Source: the human T2T-CHM13v2.0 reference genome, Homo sapiens
DNA: 64,000 nucleotides
Strand: one strand, 5' to 3'
Assembly: GCF_009914755.1 (NCBI RefSeq)
Contig: NC_060934.1
The notes beneath the pieces were generated by a model. The model had not been told where the DNA came from, searched no databases, and was given only the letters and a program-made list of their open reading frames with translations. The position numbers and the translations under genes were made by a program. Position 1 is the stretch's first letter. Each line of letters opens with the position of its first letter. Positions 1-17,276 of this stretch are shown here, piece after piece.

Positions 1-540
1 GGAGAGAGGAACTGGAGATTGAGTCCAATCACCAATGACCAATGATTTGATTAATCATGCCCACGTAACGAAGCCTCCATAAAAACCCCTAAATGATGGG
101 GTTCAGGGAGCTTCCGGGTTGGTGAACACATGGAGGTTCTGGGAGCGGGTTGTGCATGAAGAGTGCATGGAAGCTCCATGCCCCTCCCTCTTCCCTGGCC
201 CTACGCATTTCCTGCAGCAGGCTGTCCTGAGTTGTGTTCTTTGTCATTAACCTGCAAATGTCAGTAGTGTTTTCCTGAGTTTTGTGAGTCATTCTAGTGA
301 ATTATCAAACCTGAGGAGGGGTTGCAGGAATCTATTAATGCATAGCCAAGTAGGACGGAGTGTGGATGGCCTGGGCACCCATTTTCATCTGAAGTCGGGG
401 AGGTCTTGTGGGACGGAGCCCTAACCAGTGTGGTCTGCACTAGCTCTGGAGAGCTAATGTCAGAATTGAAATGAATTGAATTGAATTGAACTGTTGGACA
501 CCCAGCTGGTATTGGAGAATCAGAGAGGGCAAGACAGGTG
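1..540 (+). mobile_element. MER21-family ERVL LTR (5' part outside window)
   Basis: Matches recalled MER21 text: caccaatgaccaatgatttgattaatcatg...gaagcctccataaaaaccc...gtcagaattgaa(ttgaa)n...ggacacccagctgg. Confidence 0.7.
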
Positions 541-2104
541 TCCAAGGATGTCTGTACTCACTCTAGGTTCAAGGCATGGTGGGCAGGGCCTGTCCCATTC
601 CCATCTGGGCTAGCAGCCAGGACAGGGTTTGGGAGAGAGCCGGCGCTCCACACTGAGTGGGGACACAGGGCTGCACAGGGCAGGCCACTGGGAAGCTTGG
701 CTCATGCCCACAGCATCTTGCTCTTCTGGTCAAGTTTTAGTTTCGAATTTCAGTCTCCTCTGATATTCCAAGGGCTTTATGAAAGATCCCAACTGATAAT
801 GTGAGGCATGCATTCTCAGGGCCCCTGGATGAGGGTCACTTTGGGCCCGGCCTCTGGTGTGGCTGGCTGAGGTGTGTGGGCACTTCATTCAGGCCACCAG
901 GTGCTCTATTGGACAAGCTATGGGGTCTGGTGTGAGGCTGGCTTAGCCCAGAGGAAGGGGCATCTTTGTGATTTGTAGAAAGGTACTATCTATACTTTGG
1001 TTCCTTACCCTGCACAAGAGTTGCTTGAAGTATCAGTCCCAAGTAAAACGTATTAACACAGTGCTCTGAGACTCAAAGAAAGGAGGGCAATGGCCACAGC
1101 TGGCATCACAGGGACAGACATCTGGCCTCCTTCTCTTCCTTGCAGTGGGTGAGTGAGTCTATCTTGGGAGTCCTCAGGGTGTCTGACTGGCCACCCTCTG
1201 TTCAGGATGGCCCTGCCTTCCAGTTCTGCACTCACGCAGTCTCAGAACCAGCCCTGATGTGGCCAGGAGCATGCTGTGCCTGGTGGCAGGTCTACCATTA
1301 GTGCAGATGTTACAGTCCTTGTTTTAGCAGTTAACATTTGCTGAGCATCTACCAGGCACCTACCACACACCAGGCCCCAGTATCTTGATTCACACATATG
1401 GCCACCCAAAGATGTCTTGATAATTCTTATTTTAAGAGAAAAGTGAGGCTCAGAGCCAGTGTGTGCAAGGTCACTGGCTAGCAGATGGCTAAGTCTGCTG
1501 GGTTGAGTAACACCAGGTGGCTCCTGTCTGTTTCCATAGCAAGGATGTGGGCACAGATGTCCACCATATGCTGCTTGTATGATGGAGTTGACTGCCTGTT
1601 CTGTTGGCTCTACCCTACCACCTTGAGGCTCCAAACCACTCCATAGGTCCAGAAATCTGCTTTCAAGGCATTTGATTCCGCCTGGTGACTCCTGTTAGCA
1701 AATTTAAAGCATATGAACTTTTTGCAAGTTATCGAGTCATGGCCTTGACAATATAGTCAAAGTATATTAAACCAATAGGATTTCATCACAAAATGGACCT
1801 AAACACCTTCCCATTCCCCAGGTGGCCCCTTGGAGTCATCATCTTTGGTGCACATAGGACATGGGGCCACAGTGACATATCTTGCAGTAAGAGGAGCAAA
1901 GCTTGCCTTCCCATCCATCAACCTGGGGAGTCTGAGCTGAGAGAGGCCACCACCCTCAAGGTGCAGTGGTGGCCACTGCTGTGACTAAGGGAAGAACACA
2001 GTGCACAACCCTGACCAATGTGTCTGCTCCTTGGAGTTTATCTTGCAGGGAAAGGTGCATTCACAGCATTATGTGTAACAGTAAAAATCTAGAGACACCT
2101 GGAA

Positions 2105-2421
2105 TGGGCTCTGTTGTGCTTCCCAGATGGCCCAGGACTAGCTCCCAGCTGCTAACACCCAGCCCTTTCAGCCTTTGCCTCCACTGGGAATTTCTCAGAG
2201 ACACACTACCTTCCTAGGGGCAGCCACCACCAATGGCTGGTCATTATGGGGGCATAGAGGCCTGGTCTTCTTGCCCCAACTTAGGACAGCCTGGAAAGCC
2301 CAGCTAACCCTCAGAGCTAAGTATGGAGTCTACTGAGGCTGCTGTTGTGCCTGCATTGCAGTCTGATTTTGCCTTTTGCTCAGTCCTGCTTCCTGCCCTC
2401 TCCATGGGTGTCAATCCCAAG
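2105..2421 (+). mobile_element. LTR16-type ERVL LTR fragment
   Basis: ccaccaatggctgg...cttgccccaacttaggaca...gctcagtcctgcttcc motifs resemble LTR16. Confidence 0.5.
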
Positions 2422-3090
2422 GTTTTCTAGATTTTTTCCTGTTTTCTTCTAGAAACTTCATATTTTGTATTTTTGTATTTAGGTCTACCATCCATTTTGA
2501 GTTGATTTTTGTAAAAAGTGTAAGGCCTATCCTTTCTCCATTGAATTACCTTGGCTCTCATCAAAGGTCAGTTAGCTACATTTGTGTGGGTCTATTTCTA
2601 TTTCTCTATTTGATTCCATTCATCCACGTGTCTATCATTTTGCTCATATCACCATGTTTTGTTTACATGTTTATTTTAGAGTAAGTCTTGAATTTAGGTT
2701 GCATGCTTCCTTCATTTCTGTGTTGGTTATTCTAGATGTTTTGCCTTTCCATATAAATTTTAGAATCAGTGTGCCAATACCTATAAAATAGCTTGCTAGG
2801 ATTTTGATTGAGAATTCACTGAATCTATATAGATCAATTTGGGAACAATTGACATTTAAATAATATGGAGTCTTCCAATCCGCAAACACAGAACAGCTCT
2901 CCATTTATTTCAATCTCTGATTTTTTTCCATCAATGTTTTGTGGTTTTCTGCAATAGATCCTATGCCTGTTTTGTTAATTTTATAACTAAATATTTCATT
3001 CTTTTGGTGCTATTTTAAATGACAGATTTGAAAAAAATTAATTTCAACTTTCAATTGTTCATTGCTGGTGTATGGAAAAGCAAAAAATAG

Positions 3091-3444
<354 letters not shown>

Positions 3445-5009
3445 CAGAAATGACATCTTAACAATATTGAGTCTTCTAATCCATGACAGCGGAACATCTC
3501 TCCATTTATTTCGATTTTCTTAGATTTCATTAATCAAGAGTTTTATACTTTTCTGCATAAAGATTATGTACATATTCTGTTAGATTTATAGGTATTTCAT
3601 TTTTATGCTAATGTAAATGGTATCGTGCTTTTATTTTCAAATTCCAGCTGTTCATTGTTGATATAAAAAAGGCATTGACTTTTGGATATTAACCTTATAT
3701 CCTGTGACTTGCTATAATCACTTATAAGTTGCAAGAGTTTTTTCCATCAATTTTATGGAATTTTCTGCATAGACAATCCTGTCTTCTGTGAAAAAAGGCA
3801 ATTTTATTTCTTCCTCCATTCTGTATATATATGGCTTCCTTCTCTTGTCTTACTGCATTTGCTAGGACTTCCAGTACAATGTTGAATAAGTGTGGTGAAT
3901 TGCCTTGTTCCCAACATAGTGGGAGAACATCTAGTTTCTCACAATTAAGTATACATTTTGCTGTAGGGTTTTTGTGGATGTCCTTTATCAAGTTGAGGAA
4001 GTTACCTCTAATTCTAGTTTGCTAAAAGTTTTTATCATGAATGAGTGTTGGATTTTGTCAAATGTTTTTTCTGCATTAATTCATATGATCATATGATTTT
4101 TCTTCTTTAGCCTGTTGATGTGGTGGGTTACCACATTGTTTATCACATATTAACTACCACATAATAGTTTTTTGAGTGTTCAATCAGCCTTCCATATCTG
4201 GAATAAACTCCACTTGGTTGTGGTATATAATTCTTTTTATACATTATTGGATTCAATTTGCTAATATTTCATTAAGGACTTGTTTACATCTATATTCATA
4301 AAAGATACTGATGTGTAGCTTTTCTTTCTTGTCTTTATCTGGTTTGGGTATTAGGGTGCTGTTAGCCTCACAGAATGAGTTAGAAACTGTTACCTCCATT
4401 TTTATATTCTGGAAGATACTGTAGAGAATTTATCTAATTTCTTCCTTAAGTGTTTGGTAGAATACACCAGTGAAACCATTTGAGAACTAGTGCTTACTTT
4501 GTTGGAAAATTGTCATTTATTTAACTTCTTTAATAGTTATAAGCCAATTAAAATGATATATTTCTCCTTGGGATATCAATTATACTTCTTAAAAATATTT
4601 TCTTGTTGCAGTAGATTTTGCAATATATATTTACAGCTAATCTGAGTCCACTCTCAAATAACACTACTACTTAAAAAATAGTACAGGTTCCTTATATCAG
4701 TATTCCCAGTTCCTCCATCCTGTTCCTTATAATATTACTGACATTCACTTTGGTTATCTACGTGTTATAATCACCCTACATATTGTTGCTATTGTTACTT
4801 GGACAAACAGTTACCTGTTAGATCCATTAAGCATGAGAAAAATGAAGACTTTGTTTTACTTTCATTTATTCCTTCTCTGATGCTCTTTCTTTATGTAGAT
4901 CTGAGTTTCTCACCCATCATTTTCTTTCTCTCTTTTAACATTTCTTGTAGGACAAGCAATGAATACTCTTGGTTTTTGTTTGTCTGGGAAAGTCTTTATT
5001 TAGTCTCAC

Positions 5010-5365
5010 TTTTTTTTACAATGAAAATTATTTTTCTATTTCAATACTTTTGGGGTACAGGTGGTTTTGGTTACATGGATGAATTCTATAGTGGGGAATT
5101 CTGAGATTTCAGTGCACCTGTCACTCGAGCAGTGTACACTGTACCCAATATGTAGTCTTTGGTCCCTCAACCTCCTCCCAACCTTCCCCACGAGTCCTCA
5201 AAGTCCATTATATAATTCTTACGCCTTTGCATCCTCATAACTTAGCTCCCACTTACAAGTGAGAACATATGATATTTGCTTTTCCATTCCTGAGTTACTT
5301 CACTTAGAATAATGGCCTCCAGCTCCATCCAAGTTGCTGCAAAAGACATTATTTCATTCCTTTCT
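5010..5365 (-). mobile_element. L1PB-type 3' end fragment
   Basis: ttttggggtacaggtggttttggttacatggatgaattctatagtgg...ttagctcccacttacaagtgagaacat resembles L1PB 3'UTR in antisense. Confidence 0.7.
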
Positions 5366-7757
5366 ATTAGCCTTCACTTTTGAAGAAAAATTCCAGTAGT
5401 TATGCAATCCTATGTTGGTAGGGAGTTTTATTGCAGCAGTTTTAATGTACAAACTATTCAACATATTTTTTTTTCAACAGTTGAAATATTTCCCTTCACT
5501 CTCCACTTGCTTGCATGACTTCTGTTGTGAAGTCTGATATAATTCCTATCCTTGTTCTTCTAAAGGAAAGGTGATCCCCATACCCCTGGCTTCTTTCAAG
5601 ATTTTCTCTGTCTTTTGTTTTCTGCATTTTGAATGTGAGACACCTAAGATGTGTATATTTTTTGTTTTTATCCTGCTTAGGTCTGTGGTTTGTTTTCTGT
5701 CACTGCCTGGAGTTGGCCAACTCCAAGTTTAGAGTGCACACAGGTCTTCACAAGACCAGCCTCACTTCCAACACCAACTGCAAATTGGGGGGTGTTCCCA
5801 AAACCACCCAGGCTAGGAGCTGTGCCGTCTTTAATATTTGCTGTGTCTGCAGATGCCAGAGCGAAATCATTGATTTTAAGTTTGCACAGATTTTACCTTG
5901 TTGTAAGGATGAGAGTGAAAATGTCTAAGCTTTTCACATGTCAAAGATGAAACCAGAAGCCAGAGTCTTTCCATTTTCATCACTACTGCACAACGCTGAC
6001 TATTCTTTTCCTTCATCTACCCCTGGAAGATCCTGAGTCACCTGCCAGAGGACATCACCTGCCACACGGAGGACATCAGTGGACAGTTCCCTCAGGCCTT
6101 TCCATTGGATGATATGAGAAGAGCATGAGCTCCAGAAGGTAAGAGTTTTTGCCAATTATGTTGCCTGCTGTATTCCAGTGCCTAGAGCAGTGCCTGGCAC
6201 AACTCATGTTTGCTGGGTGACTGAATAAATTATCAACCCTTAGGAAACTTTTGAGATCATTTCCCAGGCCTGTCCACCTTTAATGGCCCCAGTCAGCTCT
6301 CATTTCTGCAGACAATCTACCTTCCTCTGAGACTCCCAGGTCTGAGGTTTGCAGTGACTGCATGCTGGAGAAGTAAAACTGGGAGAAAGCTCCAAATGTA
6401 GGGTTCCTGTGTCCAGAGTCTCCATCATATCACTTGGTTTTCAAAAAATTCCCAAAGGAAACAATTCTCAGCCAGAGATTAACAGTGGCATCTGATTGTT
6501 TGTCTGGAAGGGAGTTCCCACTTATTCAGGGTTTACCCTGTGCCTTTCCTTGAACTCTTTTCTTTTAATTAGACATGTAATCCTTATTACAGTCTTGTGA
6601 GATATGGCCTATTGTGGTCTCACTTTTACAATGAGGAAATGAAGCAGAGAGATTATATCACTTGAGTAAGGGCATAGAGTAAGCAGGTGGTAGAACCTGG
6701 ATCCACACCCAGGCCTGGCTTTCTCTAGACTGTTTTTACATTTTGTGGGAAAATGATGCCAGCAGCAGGGAGGGAGGGCTGGCTTTCCCTGTGGACTTTC
6801 CACAAGAAAATCCCTGTTGACATCCATCTGCAGAAGGAGATGGGCAGGTTAATAGAGACAGGATCATTCCACGGGGCTAAGAGGAGGAGGGAGCAGAGGG
6901 CTGGGCATGGGAGGAGGGAGAGCCTTTCCTAACTGAATGCTGGGCCAAGCTGGCTGCGGGATGCCCTGACTCCTGGAAATCTCTGGGGCAGGTGTCTGAG
7001 AGTTGACACCATGGGCATCTATGCCCTATGTTCTCCCTCACCTTCTTCCTGGCCACCAGGATGCTGCTTCCTCCCACGCTTGTTTCTATGATAACTGGCA
7101 GGAAGTGTTATCTGCTAGCCAGCTCACCTGTTGAGAGAAGCCAGTTTGCACTAGTAGCTCAGTAGTATCATGGGTAGCTGAATGGGTACTTTCAGATTTG
7201 GGTGGCGGATTTGATGGGAGCAGCCAAAAGGTGCCATCAATGTCCCTAAAAGCAGAGGTACTGCTGTGAGTGAGCACTAAAGATGGGTCAGCTCAGATCT
7301 GGGTTGAGTCCTGTCTGCCACTAACTAGCTGTGAGCTTTTGGCAAGTCAGTAAACTTCAGATCTTCTGCTTCCTCATCTAGCCAACAGGGAAAAGTGCTC
7401 TGCCCCCACAGAGCTGGGCCATAGGAGAGGATAAGCTGCTGGGTGCAGAGGGCGGTGAGCCTGCACTGTGGTTTGCCCATTTCACAACCATTCCCAGAGT
7501 CAAATCATTTCTCCCAGATGTGCAGAAACAGAAACCATTGTAGGAAACTGGGTCTCTAAGAAGAGCCGCTGACTCAGCCCTTATTTGGTTCTGTGGCTGG
7601 GGGTGGGTGAGCCTGGGCTTCCGCTTGGCTCCCTAGAGGGTAGTGTGGCTGGCAGGGCATCTGTCTAGACACTCTCTGAGGCTCTGCCCAGCCTGTTCTT
7701 TGGAATAGACTCTCCTCTGCTTCTCAGGGCTGACAGCTCTGAGCCCAGGAAAGCAAG

Positions 7758-8140
7758 AGGGCTGAATTGTGTCCCCCGACTCCAGTTCATGATGAAGCCT
7801 AACCCCCACCGCCCCATACAGAAAGTGGCTGTATTTGGAGATAGGGCCTTTAAATATCAAAGTTAAAATGAGTGATTAAGTTAAAATGAGGTCATTAGGG
7901 TGGGCCCTAGTCCAATATGACTAGAGTTCTTATAAGCAGAGGAGATAAGGACACAGATACCAACTGTGTGAAGACACAGGAAGAAGGTGATATTTACAAG
8001 CCAAGGAGAGAGGAGAAAGAAGCTTGCTAACACATTGATCTTAGACTTCCAGCCTCCAGAATGGGAAAAAATACATGTATGTTGTGAAAGCCCTGGGGCC
8101 CGAGGTGCTTTGTCATGGCAGCCCGAGCAGACTCATGTAC
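7758..8140 (+). mobile_element. MLT1A/B-type MaLR solo LTR
   Basis: gggctgaattgtgtcccc...gtatttggagatagggccttt...ttagacttccagcctccagaa...tgtcatggcagcc. Confidence 0.8.
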
Positions 8141-8379
8141 CTGCCCTCCCTCTTCCTCAGTGTGAACAAGGGAATTCCAGCACCCATGGGAGGCTCTTGG
8201 AGGCTAGGCTCCTTCTGGGTCCACCGTGAATGAAGCACTTCACCTTGTTTCTGGGCCTCTGTCTCTTGTTGCCCCCACCCCCACTTCTGCACTGGGCCTG
8301 GTGTTTCCCTGGACCCCGACTCCCTGTCTCCTCAGGCATGACTAGTTTCATACTCCTCCAAGGTTGGTAAGAGAAAAAT

Positions 8380-8890
8380 GCCTGGGGTTTAGGTTATAGC
8401 TTGAAGCACAGCTTTGGGTGCTCCGTAACTTGTCCCAGCCCCTTGGCCAGCTCCAAGTTCAGCCACAGCTGTGGTGAAACGTCCCCTCTTAGGTGAGCCC
8501 ACTGATGGCTTCCCGCTCCAGGCTCTCAGCCCTCGGCTTTCTCTGAAGCCACAGGGACCCTAAGCCCTGGGCAAACAAATGCAGTCCAGAAGGGCTGGGT
8601 GTCCACACCCCTGGGGTTGCCCTCAGCCAAGGGAGAAAGGGGGCCGGGTAACCCCCACCCTCTCCCCTTCCAGGCTTATGGCAGGTGAGTCTGCACTCTT
8701 CCCAGAGTCCCTGTGGAAGTGAGTCTTGGGACAGCAGCAACCTTCATTATGCCCCTCACACTGGCCTTCCCTCCTTCCTGGTGTCACTCTTTGCCCCATC
8801 AGTCCTGCTTCCTGGCATCACCTCCCAAATAAACCACCTGCACCCAAGCCCTTGTCTTAGGCTCTGCTATTGGACAACATAAACTTAGAC
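8380..8890 (+). mobile_element. LTR16/LTR33-type ERVL LTR
   Basis: 3' end cacctcccaaataaaccacctgcacccaagcccttgtcttaggctctgct...aaacttagac. Confidence 0.55.
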
Positions 8891-10395
8891 TACTTCCTGG
8901 CTGGGGAAGCAGGATGGAAGGACTGCACTTTTGAGCTTCAGTTTTCTCCTCTGTAAAATGGGAACATTAATATCTTGCAAGCTGGCTACAGGAATTAAAT
9001 GACATCACCCCTGTGGATATTGAAGAGAGTTGTAAACCGTGCAAGGTGATCTCAATGTTGTTATTTATTATTATTTTTAGTTTGGTGGTAGCATCAGGTC
9101 CTTACTCTCTCTCTCTTTTCATTAAAGAAAGAAGAAGGAAAATCTCCATCTTCAGACTCATTTCCCAGGGGTCCTGTGCTGCCAGGTGCAGGTGAACATC
9201 CTGGAGAGGCTTGGGGGTTAAGGGGTTAATGACATGGCTGCTCCTTCTTCCTCTGCCCTGCACAGCTTCAGCATTTCTCTGGTGGCTGTCGATAAAGGCA
9301 TGTTAGCTGTGGGGACACTGCATGAAGGAGACATTCAGGGTGTCTGGGTCTTTCCAGCCCAGCCCTGCATCCATGCTGTCTGTGTGCCTGTGTCCCATGC
9401 TTGGTGCTTGTGCAGGGAGACTGGGGTGAGCAGGATGGAGGCCTTAGAGCTTGTGGTATGGCCCTGGTCCTCTTCCAGGAATGTCTGCTTGAGTCTGCCC
9501 ACTGGGCTGCTCCTGCCCAGGCTCCAAGAGCCAACAGGGATTCTCCCTGCTCTGAGACCCTGCCCTGAATCCATGGGTTGCATCGGGGTCCTCCTGTTTC
9601 TTGCTGCTCCTTGTACCACCTGCACCACAGCCCTGCCCTTTTGCAGACCACGATCTCCTAGAGAGGAGGGGATATATCTTTACACGTGTTATGTGTGTCC
9701 AAGCTTTAGAGCCATGACTGCTGGCAAACAGTACCAGCTCAAGACCCATGGCTATAGTCATCGCTAGTAGGACAGTGGGAGACCAGTGAGGAGTTCTCAC
9801 CTGAGGTCACCACAAAGAGGCCACGAAGTGGGCAGGCAAAGCCCAGACCTTGAGTGGCATGCAAAACCCAGAGTGCTGGGAGGGAAGTCAGAAGGGACAG
9901 GACAAAGGGTTCAGGAAGCAGAGCCACTCATAGAATCAGGATATGAAAGTAAAAGGTAACAAGTTGGAATAGTACATTGGGGTGGGCAGAAGACATATCA
10001 GGGAGGGCCGGAGTCTGAGAGGCTTTCTCATGATGGCCAGGACTTTAGCTTCATTCTGAGAGCTCCAGCGTGAAGGGCCAGAATGGGTGGTTAGGACAAT
10101 CAGAAAAGCTGCCTGCATACACATTGCTGCCATCCCTGCCAGGCCAGTCTCTGAGAAGCTGATCTCCCCAGAAGCCAACCAGGCCTCTAGATGAATGCCA
10201 CTGAGAGTTTACTGCCCTGGGCATCCATATTTCTGAAGCTGCAGATGGAGACAGGCTCCAACTATTGTGTCGAGGTGGGGGGCAAGGGGTAGAAAGGAGC
10301 CATGAATTATTGCTTGTGTGAGGCCACACAATAGGTGTCATTCATCACTCACAGAGCTGTTGTCCAGAGATGGCCGACAGGGGACACAGGTATAC

Positions 10396-10773
10396 AGATG
10401 GATGGATGGATGGTGAATGAATGAGTGGCAGATGAGTAGCCAATGGATGAATGGTGAATGAGTGGGTGGATGGGTGGGTGGATGGACGGGTGGGTGAATG
10501 GGTGGATTTGTAGGTAGATGGATAGATGGTAGATGGGTGGGTAGATGGATGGATGGTAAAGAAATGAGTGGATGAATGACTGGTGGATGTATAAATGGAT
10601 GGATGGATGGGTAAATGGATGGATGGATGGGTAGATGGATGGATAAATGGTGGATGGGTGGGTGAATGGATGGATGGCAAATGGGTGAATAGATGGATGG
10701 ATAGATGGATAGATGGATGGTGGATGAGTGGATGGGTGGATGGATGAATTGTGGATGAATGGGTGAATGGATG
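10396..10773. repeat. Degenerate (TGGA)n/(TGGG)n microsatellite
   Basis: Directly visible; explains the H/P/I-rich pseudo-ORFs. Confidence 0.95.
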
Positions 10774-11709
10774 GTGCTGGGATCAGTGAGACGGGATGAA
10801 AAGAAGGCAGAACCTGCTGGAAGGGTCAGTAAGAAAAGGCACAAAGTATCCTCACTTCACCTACCCCTTCACCTACATTCCCCTCCCAACAAGGATGTCT
10901 CCATCCTCCTCGCTGCTAAAGCCAGTAGGCTGGCATCAACTTACCTTCTTTCTCCCCCTTTTCCACATGCTGCCAGCCACTTGTGCATTCCATCTTCTTA
11001 GACTCTTATGTTTCTACCACCACTTTTTGGCCTATATTCTCATAAGCTCTCCCTTGGACTGCTTAAGTAGTCTCCTGCCTAGTAGCTCTCCCTGCTCTGG
11101 TCTCTTCTCCCTCTGCCCATCCACTACCCCTCCTAGAGCCATTCCCTTAGAATCTTAGAATGGCTTCCAATCTTCCACCGTTTTCCCCTAACAGAAACTA
11201 CAGAATGAGGTCTGGTAGCTGCTTCGTAATGCAACTTGGCTAGGCTGAGTTACACTTCCCAGGATTCCCTTTTGTGTATCTTTCCTATAAGTCTGTGCCA
11301 CGGGGAGATTCTTGGGGGGATTTGGGAGACATACATTGCTGCTGATCAGTGGAATCACCTCATCAGTGTGAAGCAGCAGCTGGGCCTGCCATTGTTCCAC
11401 CTTCCCATGAAGCCTTGGGCAGCTTCTTCAACTCGCGGGCCAGGAGTGTGTGTGTTGTGTGTGTGTGTGTATGTTTAGCTTAATGATGAAGGGCCCTGGC
11501 TTCTGCAGGATTACCTTGTACCACTAAAACTAATCATCTCATTACCCAGCTAGAAACCCCAGACACCTGAGTGCCTCCCCTGCCCAGTACTGTCAAGTGT
11601 TGTCCATTTTTCTTCCCAGTATCTCTTGAACCTCATTTTCCCTCTACATTCTTACTTACTCAAGCCCTCAGGAAGGTCACCTGACCACCATTAGTCCCAT
11701 CTCCATGCT

Positions 11710-11900
11710 ATTTATTCATTCATTCAACAAACAAGTATTAAACATATATTATGTGCCAGGCATAATTCTAGGCACCGTGCAAAGAGCTCTATCTTTAAAC
11801 TTCCCCTTCCCCTCCTAATTCTAGTGGTGCTTAATGAACAAAGGGATAATGGCAATAATGCCTGCAAGATCGTGCCTATATCCTAATAAGAAAGCGGATA
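11710..11900 (-). mobile_element. L2 3' end fragment (appears to resume ~21270-21350)
   Basis: ttattcattcattcaacaaa...tatgtgccaggcataattctaggc is the L2 tail in antisense. Confidence 0.55.
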
Positions 11901-14368
11901 TGGGAAACTTGAAAAAAAGAAGTAAAAGGCAGGACTTCCAGCTATGGCTAAATGATGAAGTCAGCAAATTCTCTCCCAAAAACACAATCATAAATCTTGA
12001 AAAAACTGACATAAACAACCATTTCTGTACTCTGGAAATTGACCAAAGACATGCAACAATCAGAAAAGTAGTTATGCTTGAAAAACTTCTAAACTTTGAG
12101 TAAGAACAGAATGAGTCTGCTTTGCACTGTTGTACTGTTTGTTAGGGCAATTCCCATCCCACTTCTCTAAGCTCAGTCCTCACACAGGTTCTGTCAGGGT
12201 GGGGCATTGTCATGGGGAGCAGCAATTTTGCGCATGCAGTCCAAAGTTGCTTATTCAATTATGATTGTCAGTACTACTGACAATACTGGCAGCTAGTGAA
12301 TGGGGAGGACCAATGCTCAATTAGTCTGAGGTTGCAGTCAAGGTTGGGGCAAATATATTCCTGGCTTGGACTGTATGCATGTGCAGTGGAGACCAAAGAT
12401 AGCTCAAAGTATCCACACATTCTTGCCAACTCTAAGACTGAGGGCATGTGCAGAGGTTATATGAAAGGTCCAACAGAAAGTAAAAGCCAAGGCAGTCTTG
12501 AAAACAACCTGAACTTTGAGAGTATTTCCCTACCCATGCACAGATCTATGGGCAGAGAATAGAGGGCTTACGGGCTCATGGTTTGTATATGACATCTGTC
12601 TCATCACTGGCTGATTACTAAATTACACAGAAACAAGAGTGACCCCTAGGAAGGCAGGTTTAAAGGTACGAGCAAGAGTAAAGGCAAATATAACAGATAT
12701 TAGTGGCTATGTTCTGTGAGGGAGACAGATTTCACAGATTTAGGCTAGGCAAGTTATTAAACAAATGAACAATTTAACAACAACATTAATCATGTGAGAA
12801 AATCAGAATTCAGCGTTCTTAAAATATGTTATCTAAAATGCCCACTTTCTAACAACCAAAAAACAAAAGGGAAGTACAAAGGAAAAGTGTGACTCATATG
12901 TAAAAAAAAAAGTCAATTGAAACTGTCTCTTTGAGTATTGCCAGATTTTGGATTTAACAGAGACTTTCAAAATAGCTATTGTAAATATGTTTACAAAAAC
13001 TTAAAGAAACATGATTGAAGAATTACAGGGACATAGGACAATAATAAATCAATAAATAGAGAATTTCAATGAGATAGAAAATATTTAAAACCAAATGGAA
13101 ATGCTTGAGTTGAACATTCAATAACTAAAATAAAAATTTGCTGGAGGAGCTCAGCAGAAGATTTGAGGAAGGAGAATAAAGAACAGGTGAATGTAAAGAC
13201 AGAGTTATCGAAATTAGCGAACCTGAAGAACACAAAACAATTTTAAAAATTGAAGCACAAAGAAAAGACTTTCAGAGACCTGTAAAGCAACATAAAGCAT
13301 GCCAACATATGTGTAATGCAAGTCCCAGACAGGAGGAGACAAAAAAGAAAAAGACAGGAAAACTATTTGAAAAAGATAATTACTGACAACTTCCTAAATT
13401 TGATGAAAAACATTATTTTTCATGTATAATTATCTCAAAGAATCCCAAGTAGGATAAATACAAAGAGATCTATACCTCAGCACATTAGAGACAAACTCTT
13501 GAAAGTCAAAGAGAAAATCTTGAAGTAGCAAAAGAAAAATGTCTTGTCACATGAAAGGGAGTACTGATGCAATTAACAGTTGCCTTGTCATCTGAAACAG
13601 TGAGGGCTAGAAGTGGGAGGACGTATTCAAAGTGTTGAAAGAAAAATACAAACTGTTAATTAAGAATTCTATATCAAAAAATATATCCTTCAAAATGAAG
13701 GCAAAATAAAGATATTTCCAGAAAAACAAAGACTGATAGAATTCCTTGCTAGCTGATCTATGTTATAAGACATTAAAGGAAATTTTTTAAGCTGAAAGGA
13801 ATTTCACTATGCAGTAACTTGAATCTGTAGGAATAAATGAAAAACACAGGAAATGGTAAACATGTGGGTTAATATGAAGGTCCCATAAATTTATTTTTCC
13901 TCTTAACATCTTTTAAAGACATAGTATGTATAAAGCTATAGTTATAACAGTGTATTTTTGGGCTTATCATGTATAAATAAGGATTATAAATGTTATATAT
14001 GATAAGCCCAAAACAATAGTAGCACAAAGGAAAATGGATAAAATGAAGCTGTCTTGGAGCAAAAGTTTGTGCATTTTACTGGAATTATTAATCTGAAGTA
14101 GATTAAGGTAAAATGCATATTGTAATCTCTAGAGCAAACACTAAGACAACACAAAAAATACAGTAAAAAATAGAAAAATTAAAATGGTATACTAGAAAAT
14201 ATCTATCTAACACAAAAGAGGGTAAAAGAAAAACAGGAACAAAAAAGAGAAGACATACATAAAACAAATTATAAAATGGCAAATGTAAATTCAAACATAT
14301 CAATAATTATATTAAATGTGAATGGTCTAAATACCTCAATCAAAATACAAAGACTCTCCATAAAATAG

Positions 14369-16819
<2,451 letters not shown>

Positions 16820-16919
16820 TATATATATATATATATGCCACACAACAGTAAACATAAGACAGCTGGAACTGGTCATGTTAATATATGATAAAATAGACAT
16901 TAAGAAAAGAAACATTCTG

Positions 16920-17276
<357 letters not shown>

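Noticed and set aside
10338-10844. His/Pro/Ile-rich ORFs
   Set aside because: Translations of the (TGGA)n microsatellite.
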